The position numbers were made by a program, and so were the translations under genes. The notes beneath the pieces are model-generated. The model made no database searches. It was not told the DNA's origin and saw only the letters and a list, made by a program, of their open reading frames with translations. A stretch of 64,000 nucleotides of DNA. Origin: Chthonomonadaceae bacterium (GTDB lineage: Bacteria; Armatimonadota; Chthonomonadetes; Chthonomonadales; Chthonomonadaceae). Positions 63,101-64,000 of this stretch are shown here, piece after piece (the stretch's first letter is position 1; every line of letters begins with the position of its first letter). The DNA lies in assembly GCA_035650735.1 (NCBI GenBank), contig DASRGZ010000120.1:1-64000 (forward strand), written 5' to 3'.

Positions 63101-63567
63101 TCCATCAGGGGCGTCGTGGGCAAGGAGAGGAGCAGGCTCTCGCGGGTCTTCCAGACGCCGCCATCGGCATAGACGTAGCGCGAGAAGGGTGCGCCTCTGC
63201 CCAGGCAGAGCAGCTTACCGCGCGCTCTCAGGAAGGCGAGCAGGTTGTCCTGCGCTGCTGCCGGGAACGTCTCCGCATGGGGCAGCACCAGCACATCGAA
63301 CGCCTGTGCGTTGAACGCGCTGGGATCGGCCAGTTGGGCGGGCATCAGGAGAGAAACCGCCTGGTGATTGGCCTTGAGGATGGCCGCAGCCGCCTTTGCG
63401 TCTGCCGCATCGGTGAGCGGCGGCAGCGCCTCCAGGATGGCAACGCGCGCTATCAGCAGCGGCTTGCTTATCACAGGGGGGGCCTGTCCGCTTGCCGTTC
63501 CGATCTTTGCGAATAGGCAACAGGCCGCGCCAAGAAGCAGCGCGCGCCAACGCCACGTCAGTTGCAT
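60193..63567 (-). CDS. large secreted glycoside hydrolase (clan GH-A-like) with accessory domains
   Basis: Signal peptide at ATG 63567; FVLNGKPWRPVGVNYWP, FDIAWEP, KPVFWAEFG, ENSDFGIV. Confidence 0.75.
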   Translation of the reverse strand: MQLTWRWRALLLGAACCLFAKIGTASGQAPPVISKPLLIARVAILEALPPLTDAADAKAAAAILKANHQAVSLLMPAQLADPSAFNAQAFDVLVLPHAETFPAAAQDNLLAFLRARGKLLCLGRGAPFSRYVYADGGVWKTRESLLLSLPTTPLMDFGATNLAAWTRATNDPNSPATLTREGSPHGPALHFRFAHFTGWDNFSPPPFPASPFAPGAQTVTFWAKGGPHTRALVMEWKERDGSRWIGAVKLTGAWQRYALTPADFHYWPDSPSQGRGGPSDSFHPENAREWHIGLAQSHALMAPGPHEFWLAAPGSARLPANMKEAAPPLLECLSPAYKGYFLSVKENPASAARKQRPGRPAGAVLRRLWVPIVRQRGIGLTGERPGRLMPVELRADTTGIHPGDRAWAYLCLSGPMQGALWGGVAQKSSLSPLLPAVRLLTQGVYLAHAGTEKAAYVEGESITIGFKAVNTGSQARSVEAAIAVRGDKGPIAAYRSHLALAPEALGAEPQWRRRLPPLLPGTYTVRITLLAAGALTGGSGTQKPVDRIEMPFRVLPRSIPTARFQDRIRARSGEFVLNGKPWRPVGVNYWPFWVIGEENQPYWVHWIAPDQYDPELVEPELTQCERLGVNLLSVQYTNPDEGPALDDFLARCRNHRLRVNVFVADANPLDFHLNGLRALLNAAHLRGNATVFAFDIAWEPHVGAHTERKALDAAWRDWILAQYGSIAGAERDWGLAAPREEGQITNPSDAQLAQDGPWRVMVAAYRRFLDDRISRGYREVVQVLRPYGALIGARSGYGGNGSLAVAGQAPFDLLSGAAHLDFISPEGYALGGAWPEFRGGGLTTAYARWAGNGKPVFWAEFGQSVYPDTTPDKIAAQGAYYDKMYRLLLDSGANGSAAWWYPGGLRVDENSDFGIVSPDGSPRPAARRLQRHAAGELPRAMVNPPPTAWITVDRDADARGYAGIYARWRGEYARMRAAGLRPGVRTPGTGTTTATMPLVAVGNVPANGSNPLKYANAELSWQERPGKRHRLLLYNTGDAGWAQNGPGRVELLALAGSRILARQPLPRAVPRYRQISLDVSRLLTKAHAAAAAPPILLRLAVIGRRAGANGPEVYPFGEDCAGAW

Positions 63568-63588
63568 TCTCTCTCCCTCCCAGGCAGT

Positions 63589-63760
63589 GTTTTCTTTCCG
63601 GGCGGCTAAAGCCGCAGCAACCAAGGCACTAAACTCGCCTGCGCGGGTTCTGCCCTCACCCCCTTCCCCTCTCCCACGCTGCGGGAGAGGGGAGGATGGA
63701 GTCGCCGGAGGGCGACTGGGTGCTCTGGTTGCTGCGGCTTGAGCCGCCCGGAAAGAAAAC
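63589..63760. repeat. REPIN/MITE-like element with ~40-bp terminal inverted repeats and nested host repeat
   Basis: GTTTTCTTTCCGGGCGGCTAAAGCCGCAGCAACC / GGTTGCTGCGGCTTGAGCCGCCCGGAAAGAAAAC. Confidence 0.8.
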
Positions 63761-63849
63761 GCAAGGCCCCTCACACAGAAAGCTTGCGCAGGAGACGACA
63801 GGCCAGTTGGCGAAGATGGACTCAGGATTCTTACGAGGAGGAAACCGCG

Positions 63850-64000
63850 ATGACGCTCCAGCCTGCCCCGACTGCGGGGGATACGTCCTGGTTTACGCAC
63901 GACCGCTTCGGCATGTTTATCCACTGGGGACTCTATGCGCTTCCGGCCCGGCACGAGTGGGTCAAGAGCATGGAACGGATAGATAACGAAACCTATCAGA
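63850..64000 (+). CDS. alpha-L-fucosidase (GH29), 5' partial
   Basis: Hand-translated MTLQPAPTAGDTSWFTHDRFGMFIHWGLYALPARHEWVK; GAGGAG SD; runs off the window. Confidence 0.85.
   Translation, partial: MTLQPAPTAGDTSWFTHDRFGMFIHWGLYALPARHEWVKSMERIDNETYQ

Noticed and set aside
63568..63954. N-terminal extensions in the ORF track (GH, GT87, mreC, HUMPS, FGGY kinase, nadA)
   Set aside because: They translate intergenic repeats, leaders or neighbouring genes; downstream starts fit better

Overview
GC-rich bacterial chromosomal window, mostly housekeeping and sugar-catabolism genes. The prepilin-type small protein, HTH-GspE fusion, glycoside hydrolases and repeat style suggest Armatimonadota, but this is an unverified inference. 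Core genes: accB, efp, rqcH/NFACT, nadA, folB, a steA-steB-GT2-MraY-like-GNAT operon, LCP, rpsU, dac-rluB-btuF/btuC-like, natA/natB-like ABC (split by an orphan Dam-family MTase and a decayed PIN toxin-antitoxin pair), lysC, an M16 peptidase pair, uvrA, an inactivated IS5-family element, GH2, mreBCD, an FGGY kinase, a MacA/MacB-like pair and a partial GH29. No rRNA, tRNA or CRISPR array was seen. The most interesting non-obvious signals are five. (1) An RNA element upstream of nadA resembling the NAD+-I (nadA-motif) riboswitch aptamer. (2) A ~44-bp micro-element with fixed ends and a covarying hairpin that appears nested within itself and within other palindromic repeats. (3) A candidate type I toxin-antitoxin locus at 6-330 that is absent from the ORF track. 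(4) An excisionase-type HTH fused to a GspE/PilB ATPase with degenerate catalytic motifs. (5) Palindromic repeats read in-frame inside proteins (RqcH, BtuF-like).
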